Notes under the pieces: generated by a model
What the model was told of the DNA's origin: nothing
The model's input: only the letters and a program-made list of their open reading frames with translations
The model's database searches: none
In this document: positions 1 through 10,597 of the stretch, piece by piece
Layout: each line of letters opens with the position of its first letter
Numbering within the stretch: the first letter of the stretch is position 1
Translations under genes and position numbers: made by a program
Source: Candidatus Saccharimonadales bacterium
Lineage (GTDB): Bacteria; Patescibacteriota; Saccharimonadia; UBA4664; DATIHN01
Direction: 5' to 3'
DNA length: 64,000 nt
NCBI GenBank assembly: GCA_035480635.1
Contig: DATIHN010000016.1
Span: 562 to 64,561 of the forward strand

Positions 1-1276
1 CAATTGTGGTTTTCGGGTGGGCAGCTGGTCCGAGCGCGCGTTTGAAACCAATCGATTTGGCTTCTTGCAAACGCCGATCAACGCTACCTACACTTCTCAC
101 CTCACCGCTCAAACCAACCTCACCAAAAACCACGACGTCGTCGGGTAGGGCTTGGTTTTTATACGCGGATGCGATCGATAGAATAATTGCAAGGTCTGCA
201 GCCGGTTCAGAGGCTTTAAGTCCACCTACCACGTTAACATAGACGTCCTGGCTGTTCAAATTGAGCCCAGCTCGTTTGTTCATAACGGCTAGTAATAAAT
301 TAAGGCGGTTCAAATCAAAGCCAACGGCCGTGCGTTTGGGGTAACCAAAGACGGTTGGTGCCACCAAGGCCTGGACTTCAACCAGCAATGGCCGGCTGCC
401 TTCCATCGTCGGTAGCACCACCGAGCCGGGTCCCATTCGCCGCTCAGCCAGCAACGCCTGGGAGGGATTTTTAACAGCAATCAAACCCTTGGGCTGCATT
501 TCGAAAATACCGACCTCGTTGGTCGAACCAAAACGATTTTTGACTCCCCGCAGGGCCTTGAAGATGCCGTAGCGCTCCCCTTCCAAATACAGCACCACAT
601 CAACTAGGTGCTCCAAAATCTTGGGCCCGGCGATGTTTCCCTCTTTGGTCACGTGCCCGATAATGACGACAGCGGTGTGGCTGGATTTAGCGGCATTACC
701 AATGATCTGGGAACTGGCTGTGATCTGCCCAACCGTACCAGGGCTGCCGGTTAATTCACCGGTCGACATGGTCTGAATTGAATCAATAATAGCTAACTTA
801 TAACCGCCCTCGCGAATGGTGGCCGCCACACTATCGGCATCGGTTTGGCTGGCCGCTACAATGTTTGCTTGACTTATACCCAAACGATCAGCCCGTAGTT
901 TAAGCTGCTGGACTGATTCCTCGCCGCTAACGTATAGCACTGAACCCTGAGCGCCAATATGGCTGGCTAGTTGCAAAACCAGCGTCGATTTGCCTACCCC
1001 AGGATCGCCCGAGAGCAACATAATGGCACCCGGCACTACCCCGCCGCCCAGGACTTGATCAAGCTCGGCAATACCACTGCTAAAGCGTTTGACGTGATCA
1101 GATGACACCGATGATAATTGTTCGGCCTCAATCGGCCGGGTCGATTTAGAGCGCGAACTAGTAGCCGCTACTTCCACTAAACTATTCCAGGATCCACAGG
1201 CGGTACAGCGGCCGGCCCACTTCATACTGGCCGCCCCACAGCTTTGGCAAACAAACTGAGTCAGAGTTTTTGGCAT
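1..1276 (-). CDS. radA: DNA repair protein RadA/Sms. Partial: the start codon is at 1274-1276 and the C-terminus runs off the window start.
   Basis: Reverse-strand translation begins MPKTLTQFVCQSCGA...KWAGRCTACGSWNSL (RadA zinc finger), then GDPGVGKSTL (Walker A) and a Lon-like C-terminal region. Confidence 0.85.
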   Translation of the reverse strand, partial: MPKTLTQFVCQSCGAASMKWAGRCTACGSWNSLVEVAATSSRSKSTRPIEAEQLSSVSSDHVKRFSSGIAELDQVLGGGVVPGAIMLLSGDPGVGKSTLVLQLASHIGAQGSVLYVSGEESVQQLKLRADRLGISQANIVAASQTDADSVAATIREGGYKLAIIDSIQTMSTGELTGSPGTVGQITASSQIIGNAAKSSHTAVVIIGHVTKEGNIAGPKILEHLVDVVLYLEGERYGIFKALRGVKNRFGSTNEVGIFEMQPKGLIAVKNPSQALLAERRMGPGSVVLPTMEGSRPLLVEVQALVAPTVFGYPKRTAVGFDLNRLNLLLAVMNKRAGLNLNSQDVYVNVVGGLKASEPAADLAIILSIASAYKNQALPDDVVVFGEVGLSGEVRSVGSVDRRLQEAKSIGFKRALGPAAHPKTTI

Positions 1277-1330
1277 AACTTAATATTATCATAAACCGAA
1301 CATAAACCAAACACTTTTTCATATCTTACA

Positions 1331-1359
1331 TTGACTTATATCAAAAATTATTGTAATAT
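1331..1359 (+). promoter_or_regulatory. Sigma70-like promoter: TTGACT, 17 nt spacer, TAATAT.
   Basis: Near-consensus -35/-10 hexamers with 17-nt spacing lie upstream of a GGAG RBS and the GTG at 1411. Confidence 0.5.
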
Positions 1360-1410
1360 CGAGCGGTTCGCAAGTCCAATTCTACTTTGATATCCCCAAG
1401 AGGAGAGATT

Positions 1411-1818
1411 GTGGACTACCGCACCTTCTACACCCCCGACATCGACGGGCGCCTCTACGGCGAACCCGACAAGTACTTCGGTCGCCGCTTCTTGGCTACA
1501 TCCGAAGGAGGTGGGCCGCTCTTCTTTGTCCGCCATCACGGCAAGGGCCCCAATGCAATGACCCTCAGGAAGGGCGAGATATTGCTCGTCGAGCTGGAAG
1601 CGCATCCCGAGATTCCTTGGCTGGCACAGGCCGTCCTTCACGAGGGAGGCCCCACACTCAAGCTCATCCCGCTGCGCCCTCTCGAGAGCTTGGATGGGGA
1701 GGCGATTCCCGAAATCGCACCGGTGTCTGACAACAGCAACACCCACCCAGACAAGGTCCCGGATGATCAGAGCCACAGTTTCGCCGATGGAACGATTGCT
1801 GTCGATCACGGCGAGTAA
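1411..1818 (+). CDS. Hypothetical protein (about 135 aa) in a GC-rich cassette.
   Basis: AGGAG RBS sits 5 nt before GTG 1411. The local GC is clearly higher than the flanks. The antisense ORF 1348..1830 has no comparable signals. Confidence 0.45.
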   Translation: MDYRTFYTPDIDGRLYGEPDKYFGRRFLATSEGGGPLFFVRHHGKGPNAMTLRKGEILLVELEAHPEIPWLAQAVLHEGGPTLKLIPLRPLESLDGEAIPEIAPVSDNSNTHPDKVPDDQSHSFADGTIAVDHGE

Positions 1819-1950
1819 CACCAGTAGCAATGGCGAACGCCCCGGTCTTCGGACCGGGGCCGACCCCAGAGTTTACTACGACAATTCTGTCGAAGCCGAC
1901 TGTGGGGTCGCAAAGACCCAGTTCGTATATTCACAACAAGGGAGCTAAAA

Positions 1951-2271
1951 ATGCCCGAGTCGACAACGATTCCTGGCGTTAGACTGATCCGCCACAACGC
2001 CAGTCAGATCGATGAGCCGGACGATCCTGACTACCCCTTCAAGCTAACTGCCAGCTTCACCCCGCCTGAATTCATGCAATTCACGTTCGTGTTGCTGTAC
2101 GGGGGCAGCGAAGAGGTGGCGGTTATTGCCAAGTCGCGCGAAGCTATGGACGCTTTCATCGAAGAAAGTGACTTTGGTAACCACCCACGTCTCCGCGAGC
2201 TCACCATTACCGGCCCTGATGGGACCGATACCGTGAAGGTGGGGCGTTACTTCGGCCATGTCAGGGGCTGA
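1951..2271 (+). CDS. Hypothetical protein (106 aa).
   Basis: GGGAG RBS before the ATG. It is followed by a rho-independent terminator. Confidence 0.5.
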   Translation: MPESTTIPGVRLIRHNASQIDEPDDPDYPFKLTASFTPPEFMQFTFVLLYGGSEEVAVIAKSREAMDAFIEESDFGNHPRLRELTITGPDGTDTVKVGRYFGHVRG

Positions 2272-2277
2272 GCCCAA

Positions 2278-2322
2278 GGCCCGCGACTAGAGGTTCACGA
2301 CCCTGGTCGTGGGCCTCTTTTC
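2278..2322 (+). terminator. Rho-independent terminator.
   Basis: GGCCCGCGAC ... GTCGTGGGCC stem followed by TCTTTTC. Confidence 0.6.
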
Positions 2323-2416
2323 ATTCTTACTTACTTTGTCATCCCGACCGGCGTGGAGGGATCTATTTGTGAATTCTTAAATAGATTTCTCGACAGGCTC
2401 GAAATCACAGAACAGC

Positions 2417-4870
2417 TTATTTCTTCAGGGTTGGTTGGCCGAGGGTCAGGCCATCGCCGCGGCGCAGCACGGTCACGGTATCGCCGGGTTTGAATTGGCC
2501 TGCCAGGATGCCATTCGCCAGCGGGTCTTCGATGTAGTCTTGGATAGCTCGTCGCATCGGCCGAGCACCCTGATCAACGTCGTAGCCCTTTTCGATTAAG
2601 TAATCTTTGGCTTGGGGCGTAACTTTGAGGCTAATGCCCTGTTCGCTAACACGTTCGTATAAATCGGCTAATTGGACCGCTAGGATTTTGCGCACATCCG
2701 GCCGGCTCAGGCTCTTGAAAACGATGACTTTATCCAGCCGATTTAAGAATTCTGGCCGGAAAGTCTTTTTGAGATCGCCCATGACCTTTTCGGTCACTTG
2801 GTTGTGAGCTTCCTCCAGCTCTTTTTGCTCACCAACGGTTTGGGCCTTAAAGCCCAGCACCGCCTCGCGGTAGAGGCTCTCGGCGCCGACGTTACTGGTC
2901 ATAATAATAATGGTGTTGCGGAAGTCCACCCGCCGGCCTTTGGCGTCGGTTAATTGACCGTCTTCAAGAACCTGCAACAGCATATTGAAGACATCGGGGT
3001 GGGCCTTTTCGATTTCATCGAGCAGCACCAGACTGTAGGGCTTCCGGCGAACGGTTTCGGTAAGCTGGCCACCTTCGTCGTAGCCAACATAACCAGCCGG
3101 AGCTCCGACCAAGCGGGAGGTGTTGTGGCGTTCCATGAATTCGCTCATGTCGATTTTGACGATGGCATCGTCGCTTTGGAACATTTCGCTTGCTAGCACC
3201 CGCGCCAGTTCGGTTTTACCCACGCCAGTGGGCCCAAGGAACATAAATGAGCCGATCGGGCGTTTAGCATCACTTATACCGGTACGGCTGCGGCGGATTG
3301 ATTTGGCCACTTCTTTTACGGCTTCGTCTTGACCAATGACGCGCTTGCGTAGGGTATCTTCGAGTTTAACTAAGTTTTCGGTATCAGTTTTAACTAGACG
3401 AGTCACGGGTACGCCGGTGATCAGGCTAATAACTTGAGCGATGTCCTCGGCGGTAATCTGAATGGTGTCTTCGTTTTTTTGGCTGGAGAGCTTTTGCTCG
3501 ATGATGCTGACCTTGGTTTTGAGCCGAGCGGCCAGTTCAAAATCTTGGCCGTCAACCGCTTCATCCATATCGGCCTTGGCTTCGACCAATTGCTTTTGTA
3601 AACCCCGGGTGTTTTTATTGGTACTGCCGCGCTTAATGCGAGCCAGACTTGCAGCCTCATCGACCAGATCAATGGCCTTATCCGGCAAGAAGCGATCAGC
3701 CACATAGCGCTTGGCTAATTTAGCGGCTTGCTCAATGGCCTCATCGGTGATCTCAACTCGGTGATGCTCTTCGTAACGCTGGCGCAAGCCGTGCAAGACG
3801 GCAATGGTTTCTTCAACTGTCGTTTCGGGCACAATGACGGGTTGGAAGCGCCGCTCCAAAGCCGCGTCTTTTTCAATGTGTTTGCGATATTCATCCAGAG
3901 TGGTGGCACCGATGGTTTGGATTTCGCCGCGAGATAATGAGGGCTTTAAGATGTTGGCGGCGTCAATAGCACCTTCAGCGGCGCCGGCGCCGACCACGGT
4001 GTGGAGCTCATCGATGAACAATATCACTTCAGGTGTGGCCTTGGCCTCGTCTAAAATCTTCTTCAATCGCTCTTCGAACTCGCCGCGGTATTTGGTACCG
4101 GCAATGACGCTGGCTAGATCGAGCATGACGATGCGTTTGTTTAGCAGCATCTCGGGCACTTCGTCGGAAATAATGCGCTGAGCCAAACCCTCGACAATGG
4201 CGGTTTTGCCAACGCCTGGTTCGCCAATTAAAACCGGGTTATTTTTGGTCCGGCGGTTCAAGATTGAGACCACTCGGCCAATTTCATTACTGCGACCAAC
4301 TACGGGATCAAGCTTGCCCTCACTAGCCTTAGCCGTTAGATCAATCCCAAAATGATCCAGGGCCGGAGTCTTCGACTTAGTGCGCTTAGGGCTGGTCGTT
4401 TTGGCCGATTCATCGGAGTAATAGTACTGCTGATTGCTTAAATAATTTTCTAGTTCGGCCCGAACAGTGGCCGGATCAACTTGGATTTCTTTTAATAAGG
4501 AATTAGCTCGAGCACTCTTTTGGCTCAGGATGGCGTAAAGAATATGCTCGGTGCCAGAATAGGGTTGGCCAAATTCTTGGGCAATTCGCAGCGAAATGGT
4601 CAGCGTATCGCGGGCCGTCTCACTGAGTCCCTTGCGATTGGCCCGGGCCAGAGCAGCACTAGAACTACCAGACAACCATAATTCAGCCTTTTCCCAGGTC
4701 ACACCAGCTTCAATCAGAATCTTAGCCCCGATCGAGCCCTCTTGGCGCAACACGCCCAGCAGGATATGTTCGGTGCCAATGTAGCCCGAACCCATGGTTC
4801 TAGCGATCGAATCGGCATTCTCCAGGCTTTTTTTGGCGTTCTCGGTTAATCTTTCAAATGCATCGTGCAT
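2417..4870 (-). CDS. clpC: ATP-dependent Clp protease ATP-binding subunit ClpC (817 aa).
   Basis: Two Clp_N repeats, two AAA+ modules ([16 protein letters not shown]), and a UVR-like linker. Confidence 0.9.
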   Translation of the reverse strand: MHDAFERLTENAKKSLENADSIARTMGSGYIGTEHILLGVLRQEGSIGAKILIEAGVTWEKAELWLSGSSSAALARANRKGLSETARDTLTISLRIAQEFGQPYSGTEHILYAILSQKSARANSLLKEIQVDPATVRAELENYLSNQQYYYSDESAKTTSPKRTKSKTPALDHFGIDLTAKASEGKLDPVVGRSNEIGRVVSILNRRTKNNPVLIGEPGVGKTAIVEGLAQRIISDEVPEMLLNKRIVMLDLASVIAGTKYRGEFEERLKKILDEAKATPEVILFIDELHTVVGAGAAEGAIDAANILKPSLSRGEIQTIGATTLDEYRKHIEKDAALERRFQPVIVPETTVEETIAVLHGLRQRYEEHHRVEITDEAIEQAAKLAKRYVADRFLPDKAIDLVDEAASLARIKRGSTNKNTRGLQKQLVEAKADMDEAVDGQDFELAARLKTKVSIIEQKLSSQKNEDTIQITAEDIAQVISLITGVPVTRLVKTDTENLVKLEDTLRKRVIGQDEAVKEVAKSIRRSRTGISDAKRPIGSFMFLGPTGVGKTELARVLASEMFQSDDAIVKIDMSEFMERHNTSRLVGAPAGYVGYDEGGQLTETVRRKPYSLVLLDEIEKAHPDVFNMLLQVLEDGQLTDAKGRRVDFRNTIIIMTSNVGAESLYREAVLGFKAQTVGEQKELEEAHNQVTEKVMGDLKKTFRPEFLNRLDKVIVFKSLSRPDVRKILAVQLADLYERVSEQGISLKVTPQAKDYLIEKGYDVDQGARPMRRAIQDYIEDPLANGILAGQFKPGDTVTVLRRGDGLTLGQPTLKK

Positions 4871-4944
4871 TGTCAGCCTCCAAATTGGTTACCCAATCCA
4901 TGTCTGCCTACTTTTATTGTACCATTCCCGCGCAAGCACAAGTA

Positions 4945-6168
4945 CTAGTCCGTAGCTGATTCCGGGGTCGGTTCGTCAGTTTCGGTCTCGGGTTCTGCCG
5001 CGGCTTCGACTGGAGCCTCGTCAGCTGGCTCGGGCTCACCCGTTTGGTTAACGGCTTCAATCAGGGCGCCTTCGAGATCCTTAGGGCTGGCTTTGGTGGC
5101 ATCGGCAGCCGCAGCATCGGCCGTGGCTTCAATTCGGCTCTCATCGGCACTGACAATATCGATGTTCCAGCCGCTTAGTTTAGCCGCCAAGCGAACATTT
5201 TGGCCTTGCTTACCAATGGCCAGCGATAGCTGATCTTCCGGTACCCGGACAATAGCCTTCTTTTCGGCCTCGTCCAAGTCGACACTAATGACTTTGGTTG
5301 GCGAAAGCGCACTAGCAATGAAAGTTGCCGGGTCTTCGCTATAGGGGATGATGTCAATCTTTTCCTCGCCTAATTCACCCATGACAGTCTGCACCCTCGA
5401 ACCGCGACCACCGACGAAGGTCCCGACTGGATCTACGCCTTCGGCATTGGAGATAACGGCCACTTTGGTCCGGACGCCGGCTTCTCTAGCCAGGGCTTTG
5501 ATTTCGACGGCACCGGTTTCAATTTCGGGCACTTCTAGCTCAAAGAGTAGTTTCACCATATTAGCGTGGGCTCTGGAGAGTACAATTTGCGGTCCGCGAT
5601 TGGTTTGCTCCACCCGCACCACGTAAACTTTGATGCGATGGCCAGGATAATAGCGCTCACCGGGAATTTGCTCGGACGGGAACAGTACCCCGGTGGCCTT
5701 ACCCAAATCCACGAAAGTGGTGTTGCCTTCGATGCGTTGGACGGTGCCGTTCAAAATCGTGTCTTCTTTATCTTTATATTCGGCAAAGACGATTTCGCGT
5801 TCGGCCTCGCGCAAGCGCTGAATAATAACTTGCTTAGCAGTTTGAGCCGCGACCCGACCAAAGTCCTCCGGGTGATCTTCGTATTCAACCATATCGCCAA
5901 CTTTGGCCTTGGGCTTGATCTTTTTGGCATCTTCCAGGGTCATTTGTAAAAAGTCGTTTTCGGGGGTTTTGGCGACTTCTTTGGTTACAAAAACGTGGGT
6001 GGCACCAGATTTTTCATCCAGCGCTACGCGAACTTCTTGGTCTTTATCGCCATAGTCCTTTTTATAAGCAGCCGCCAGCGCCGCCTCGACCGTTTCCAAA
6101 ACGATCTCGTGCGGCAAGTTCTTCTCCTCAGCGATGATGTTGATAGCTTGAATGAAATTTGGTTGCAT
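4945..6168 (-). CDS. nusA: Transcription termination/antitermination factor NusA.
   Basis: N-terminal NusA domain, S1 and KH regions, and an acidic C-terminal tail. The N-terminus MQPNFIQAINIIAEEK is typical. Confidence 0.9.
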   Translation of the reverse strand: MQPNFIQAINIIAEEKNLPHEIVLETVEAALAAAYKKDYGDKDQEVRVALDEKSGATHVFVTKEVAKTPENDFLQMTLEDAKKIKPKAKVGDMVEYEDHPEDFGRVAAQTAKQVIIQRLREAEREIVFAEYKDKEDTILNGTVQRIEGNTTFVDLGKATGVLFPSEQIPGERYYPGHRIKVYVVRVEQTNRGPQIVLSRAHANMVKLLFELEVPEIETGAVEIKALAREAGVRTKVAVISNAEGVDPVGTFVGGRGSRVQTVMGELGEEKIDIIPYSEDPATFIASALSPTKVISVDLDEAEKKAIVRVPEDQLSLAIGKQGQNVRLAAKLSGWNIDIVSADESRIEATADAAAADATKASPKDLEGALIEAVNQTGEPEPADEAPVEAAAEPETETDEPTPESATD

Positions 6169-6250
6169 ACTGTTCGAAAAATATCCCTAATTAGTCAAAA
6201 AAGCCGGCGAACCGACTTGCTGTATGGGCTAATCCTAGCACACTTTGGCC

Positions 6251-6281
6251 AAAATGTAAATGAGCACCCTGGGGTGCTCAT
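6251..6281 (-). terminator. Rho-independent terminator for the DUF1653 gene.
   Basis: Perfect 9-bp stem ATGAGCACC/GGTGCTCAT followed by a T-run on the minus strand. Confidence 0.5.
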
Positions 6282-6300
6282 TGTTGGGCTGGGACCAAGC

Positions 6301-6828
6301 CTATCCCTTCGGTTCGATCATCCAGCGCTGGAAAACCTGTCCCATGAATTCGAAACGAGGCTTAGCCGAGCAGACTTCGGAGTGAGTTGGGTAATCAACC
6401 CTTTTGCATTCACACTTCGAACCGTCCTCGTGAACCCGATCGATCAAGAACTCCCGGAATTCGCGGGTGGCATGCCGAGGCCCCTCGTGGCTGGGATCAA
6501 TCTCCAGCGCCACATAATAGATCTCAACCCGCCCCCCACTCGAAGCGTTGTGGGTCAAGTGGGTGGCTTCGTAGAGGCGCCCCTTGTAGTGGCGGTAGAT
6601 GCCGGGGCGGAATTTAGCCAACTCTTCCCCCTCTACGGCTGGCTGGATCTGTTGCCGGGAGTAGCTCAGCTCGGCTACGATCCCCGCCAAGTCGGTGCAG
6701 AAGTCATCCACCAACCTTCCTGAGTCCCGGTAAAGCGCCACAATCAAGTTAGCTCGACCAGGACCACAATTCCAGAGCGATTCGACCACTCTTCTCAGTT
6801 CTCTCTCGTCTGGAGTTACAAAGTCCAT
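6301..6828 (-). CDS. DUF1653-family protein with an N-terminal extension.
   Basis: YRHYKGRLYE...VEIYYVAL matches the DUF1653 signature. The region is GC-rich relative to its flanks. Confidence 0.55.
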   Translation of the reverse strand: MDFVTPDERELRRVVESLWNCGPGRANLIVALYRDSGRLVDDFCTDLAGIVAELSYSRQQIQPAVEGEELAKFRPGIYRHYKGRLYEATHLTHNASSGGRVEIYYVALEIDPSHEGPRHATREFREFLIDRVHEDGSKCECKRVDYPTHSEVCSAKPRFEFMGQVFQRWMIEPKG

Positions 6829-6960
6829 AGCAATCCCTTCGGAAGCCTACCGCCCGATTCTGCGCTAAAATTAGGCTAAATTCAACTCGAGTGCGGTTAT
6901 GCTCGCGCTGATCTGCCGAAACTGCTATGGTTTTAAAGTTTGATACCAAAAGGAGCCACC

Positions 6961-8892
6961 GTGTCGCTAAAAAGTGAGATTAGTCCCAAGATAAGACCCG
7001 GGGATGATTTTTATAACTACGTTAACAAACGCTGGATCGATGCTCATCCGATGCCGGCTGATAAAGCCAGCTTCGGTGCCTTACGAATTTTGACCGATGA
7101 AAATTTGGCTAAGTTACAAAAATTACTGACTCAAAAGATTCGCCCAAGCGATTCGATTTCCATCAAAGTGGTTAAACAGTACTACCAAAGCGCTATGGAC
7201 GAGACTGGAATTGCCAAAGCTACTCCGAAATTTGTTCAAAACATCCTAGACCAAATCGCAGCAATTAATGATACTGGTGACGTCAAAACCTACATCGCTC
7301 AGTCACATGCCCAGAACATGGAAATGATTTGGGGGGTCATAATTGAACCGGATGATAAAAACAGCCGCCGCTACTTAACTCGGTTCTGGCAGGGCGGTTT
7401 GGGTTTACCGGATCGGACTTATTATCTGGAAAAATCTAAAGACTTCGAAACTATTCGTCAGCAATACATGGATTATTTGGCTAAGTTTTTTGAGTTAGTT
7501 GGTTTAGACCAAGCGAGTAAACGGGCCGAACATATCTACAAAATCGAAAAAGCACTTGCAGCTGCCTCGCTTAGTCGGGCTGACTGCCGAAATCCCAAAT
7601 TAGTCTACCATCCACACACCATCAAACAGCTGACCAGCCGCTATCCCAATCTAGACTGGCACGAATACCTGCCCGCTGTGGGCCTAAAATCGGTCCAGGT
7701 GCTCAACGTTAGTCAGCCCAAGTTCCTAACCGAGGTCAACCGCTTACTCAAACAGACCCCGATCGATCACTGGCGAGATTATTTCATCATCCACACCATC
7801 GAAGCGTTCGCTACCAAACTATCCAAACCCTACGAGGATTTGGTTTTTAATTTCCATGACAAAATCTTAACTGGGCAACAAAAAATTGAGCCGCGAGCGG
7901 TCCGCATGACCAGACACACCATGAATGTTTTGCCAGAACCGATCGGCCGGCTCTTTGTGGAACATTACTTTAATAAAGCCGCCAAGCAGGCGGTTGGCGA
8001 TTTGGTTGACCATTTGTTAAAGGCCTTTGCCGCCAGAATCGATCGCCTGGAATGGATGAGCCCGGCTACCAAACGCCAGGCTCACAAAAAGCTATCAACT
8101 TTTCTGCCTCTACTCGGATATCCTGACAAATGGCGATCATATAGCGGGTTGAAACTGGGCTCAGATTTTGCGGCCAATTTTTTGGCCATCGCCCAGTTTG
8201 ACTGGCAGTTTCAGGTTAGTCGCATAAATAAACCGGTTGATCGCAAAGAGTGGCATATGTCGCCGGCCTTAGTTAATGCTTACTACTGGGCTAACACCAA
8301 TGGCATAACCTTCCCAGCTGGCATCTTGCAGCCACCATTCTTTTATGCCAGCGGCGATTTTGCAGCCAATTATGGTGGTATTGGTGCGGTCATCGGCCAT
8401 GAAATAACCCATGGCTTTGATGACCAAGGCAGCCAATTTGATGCCCATGGCAATATGAAAGGCTGGTGGCAGACTAGTGATCAAGCTAATTTTGAAAAAC
8501 GAGCTAAATCTTTGGTCAAGAGCTACAGCGCTTATAAAATTAACGGCCGAGCCGTAGACGGCCAATTAACTCTAGGTGAAAATATTGCTGATTTGGGCGG
8601 GCTAATAATTGCCTTTGAAGCCATGCAGGCCAAACTAACCGAACTGGGTAACAGTAATAGAGTTGATGGCTTCACTCCTGAACAACGCTTCTTTATCAGT
8701 TTTGCTTGTACCTGGCGCTATAATTACCGACCCGAACTGATGCTAAAACGTTTAGTCTCAGACCCTCACTCGCCGGAAGTTTATCGAGTCAACGGGACAC
8801 TAGTTAATGTTGATGCTTTTTATGAAGCTTTTGACGTTGGGTCTAAGGATAAACTTTACCTCGACCCCGCCAAGAGAGTTCGGATTTGGTGA
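6961..8892 (+). CDS. M13-family zinc metalloendopeptidase (PepO/neprilysin-like).
   Basis: HEITHGFDD zinc motif, ENIADLGG and NAYY motifs. Start chosen as GTG 6961 after an AAAGGAG RBS; the in-frame ATG 6940 is the alternative. Confidence 0.85.
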   Translation: MSLKSEISPKIRPGDDFYNYVNKRWIDAHPMPADKASFGALRILTDENLAKLQKLLTQKIRPSDSISIKVVKQYYQSAMDETGIAKATPKFVQNILDQIAAINDTGDVKTYIAQSHAQNMEMIWGVIIEPDDKNSRRYLTRFWQGGLGLPDRTYYLEKSKDFETIRQQYMDYLAKFFELVGLDQASKRAEHIYKIEKALAAASLSRADCRNPKLVYHPHTIKQLTSRYPNLDWHEYLPAVGLKSVQVLNVSQPKFLTEVNRLLKQTPIDHWRDYFIIHTIEAFATKLSKPYEDLVFNFHDKILTGQQKIEPRAVRMTRHTMNVLPEPIGRLFVEHYFNKAAKQAVGDLVDHLLKAFAARIDRLEWMSPATKRQAHKKLSTFLPLLGYPDKWRSYSGLKLGSDFAANFLAIAQFDWQFQVSRINKPVDRKEWHMSPALVNAYYWANTNGITFPAGILQPPFFYASGDFAANYGGIGAVIGHEITHGFDDQGSQFDAHGNMKGWWQTSDQANFEKRAKSLVKSYSAYKINGRAVDGQLTLGENIADLGGLIIAFEAMQAKLTELGNSNRVDGFTPEQRFFISFACTWRYNYRPELMLKRLVSDPHSPEVYRVNGTLVNVDAFYEAFDVGSKDKLYLDPAKRVRIW

Positions 8893-8894
8893 AA

Positions 8895-9242
8895 CTAGAG
8901 AGTCAGGTTTTCTAGCCAATCAATCTTTGGTTGCTCAATCGAACCTGTAACGGCTATGGCGTCTATTTGAATCGGACCGTCATTGGTATTTTCCGATTGG
9001 TAGAACCGGCTGGCTTTAACCATTTGTTCGAGTTTTGATCGAGTAATATATTCAAGCCCACTGCCATGGCTCAAATTAGCTCGATACTTGACTTCAATTA
9101 TATGGGTTACACCGCCCTTTTCGGCAATCAAATCGATTTCGCACCAACGCGTCCGCCAATTCTGGGCGATTATACGCAAACCCTGATTTCTTAAAAAATT
9201 AGCCGCTAAATCTTCGGCCACTCGTCCGGTTTTAGTAGCCAT
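8895..9242 (-). CDS. yraN: YraN-family (UPF0102) endonuclease.
   Basis: GEIDLIA...IEVKYR pattern in a roughly 115-aa protein. Confidence 0.7.
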   Translation of the reverse strand: MATKTGRVAEDLAANFLRNQGLRIIAQNWRTRWCEIDLIAEKGGVTHIIEVKYRANLSHGSGLEYITRSKLEQMVKASRFYQSENTNDGPIQIDAIAVTGSIEQPKIDWLENLTL

Positions 9243-9858
9243 AACTCTCGGCCAATCGGACTGGTTTGTAACTGCGGCGATGAATCGGGGTTAAGCCACT
9301 GACTAGAGCTGCTGTGTGCTGGGCTGTCCCATAACCAACATTAGTCATAAAGCCGTAATCTGGGTAGAGCTCGTGCATCCGAGCCATGTAGTTATCGCGG
9401 GCGACTTTGGCAATAATCGAAGCCGCCGCCACATTCAAACAAGCTTGATCGCCCTTGATGACAGTTAAGGTTGGTAGCCCGACCTCCAAATAATCGTCAC
9501 GGCCATCCAAGATTATGGCATCAAAATGTAGCCTGGCTAGAGCCCGCAGTCCGCACAGCCGTAAGGCCATGTTTAAACCTTTAGAATCAATTTCGGCTGG
9601 TGAGGCCCAACCGACGCCAATGGCCACGGCTCTAGATTTGATTAGACGAGCGGCTTGATGGCGCTGCCTAGGGCTCAGCAGCTTTGAATCCCGAACGCCA
9701 GCGAGATCAAGATTCCTGGGTAATATCACCGCCGCCGCCGTGACTGGTCCGGCCCAAGAGCCGCGCCCAACCTCATCAACTCCAGCCACTAAACTGGCCC
9801 CTTGGCCCCAAAGCTCAGCCTCATGATTGCGGCTGGGTTTAATTATTAGTTTGACCAT
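9232..9858 (-). CDS. rnhB: Ribonuclease HII.
   Basis: AGVDEVGRGSWAGPV active-site region. Confidence 0.85.
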   Translation of the reverse strand: MVKLIIKPSRNHEAELWGQGASLVAGVDEVGRGSWAGPVTAAAVILPRNLDLAGVRDSKLLSPRQRHQAARLIKSRAVAIGVGWASPAEIDSKGLNMALRLCGLRALARLHFDAIILDGRDDYLEVGLPTLTVIKGDQACLNVAAASIIAKVARDNYMARMHELYPDYGFMTNVGYGTAQHTAALVSGLTPIHRRSYKPVRLAESYGY

Positions 9859-9879
9859 ATTTAACCTCGCAGGTTAACG

Positions 9880-10464
9880 TTAGGCCGAATCGCCAGCTCG
9901 ATCAACGCCGGCTTCGGTTTCCTCGGCTGCTAAATTAGCTTCATTGTCTTTTGAATCGGCGTCATGCTCAGGATCGGCCTCGGCCGCTTCATGGCGCTCA
10001 GCTTTAGCTAACTCTTCGGTCGATTCTTCGACTTGAGTTTCAGCGTCTCCAACCTGATCAACGTCTAACTCAGTCTTGTCACTGCCGTTATCGGCTACGG
10101 CGTTGACGGCCAGCTTATCAAAGCCCTGCTCGACTAACCTGGCCGACTTACCTCGACGTTCTCGCAGGTAGCTTAGGTAATTTCGGCGAACTTTGGCCCT
10201 TCTAGTAATATCGATTTTGCTGATGTTGGGTGAATGCAACAGAAAAGACTTTTCGACCCCCACGCCGCTGGCAATCCGACGCACGGTCACTGAAGCCATG
10301 ACTTCGCCCAAGCGGTCGGTGCGAATCACGACGCCTTCAAAAACCTGGACGCGCTGCTTGCTGCCTTCGCGAATCAGTTGATGTACGCGCACGGTATCAC
10401 CACTGCGCACTGGAGCGATAGCCTTCTTTTTTGATTGTTGATTGATGGTTTCAACTGCGTTCAT
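9880..10464 (-). CDS. rplS: 50S ribosomal protein L19 with an acidic C-terminal extension.
   Basis: An L19 core (about 115 aa) followed by a D/E-rich tail. Confidence 0.85.
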   Translation of the reverse strand: MNAVETINQQSKKKAIAPVRSGDTVRVHQLIREGSKQRVQVFEGVVIRTDRLGEVMASVTVRRIASGVGVEKSFLLHSPNISKIDITRRAKVRRNYLSYLRERRGKSARLVEQGFDKLAVNAVADNGSDKTELDVDQVGDAETQVEESTEELAKAERHEAAEADPEHDADSKDNEANLAAEETEAGVDRAGDSA

Positions 10465-10521
10465 AACCTGAACACTCTAGCATAATCCCTCCGACTAGGC
10501 AAGAAGTTACATGGCATATGA

Positions 10522-10550
10522 TTGACAATCACTATAACTTCTGTTTAAAT
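10522..10550 (+). promoter_or_regulatory. Sigma70-like promoter: TTGACA, 17 nt spacer, TTAAAT.
   Basis: Consensus -35 hexamer, 17-nt spacer and an AT-rich -10. Confidence 0.45.
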
Positions 10551-10597
10551 CTGAGCCATTCAACAAGATGTACCTGTAAAAGCAGATTGGATGAATT

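Noticed and set aside
1348-1830. 160-aa minus-strand ORF antisense to 1411..1818.
   Set aside because: The plus-strand frame has a consensus promoter, an AGGAG RBS and a downstream terminator. The minus frame has none of these and is probably a GC-rich shadow ORF.
2340-2400. Palindrome ATCTATTT-N10-AAATAGAT downstream of clpC as a terminator or operator.
   Set aside because: There is no adjoining U-tract on either strand, and it could not be tied to a gene.
4871-4944. CtsR operator upstream of clpC.
   Set aside because: No GGTCAAA-type heptad direct repeat is visible in the clpC upstream region.
5995-6723. 242-aa plus-strand ORF.
   Set aside because: It overlaps the nusA 5' end and the DUF1653 gene on the opposite strand, with no RBS; the minus-strand genes have family matches.
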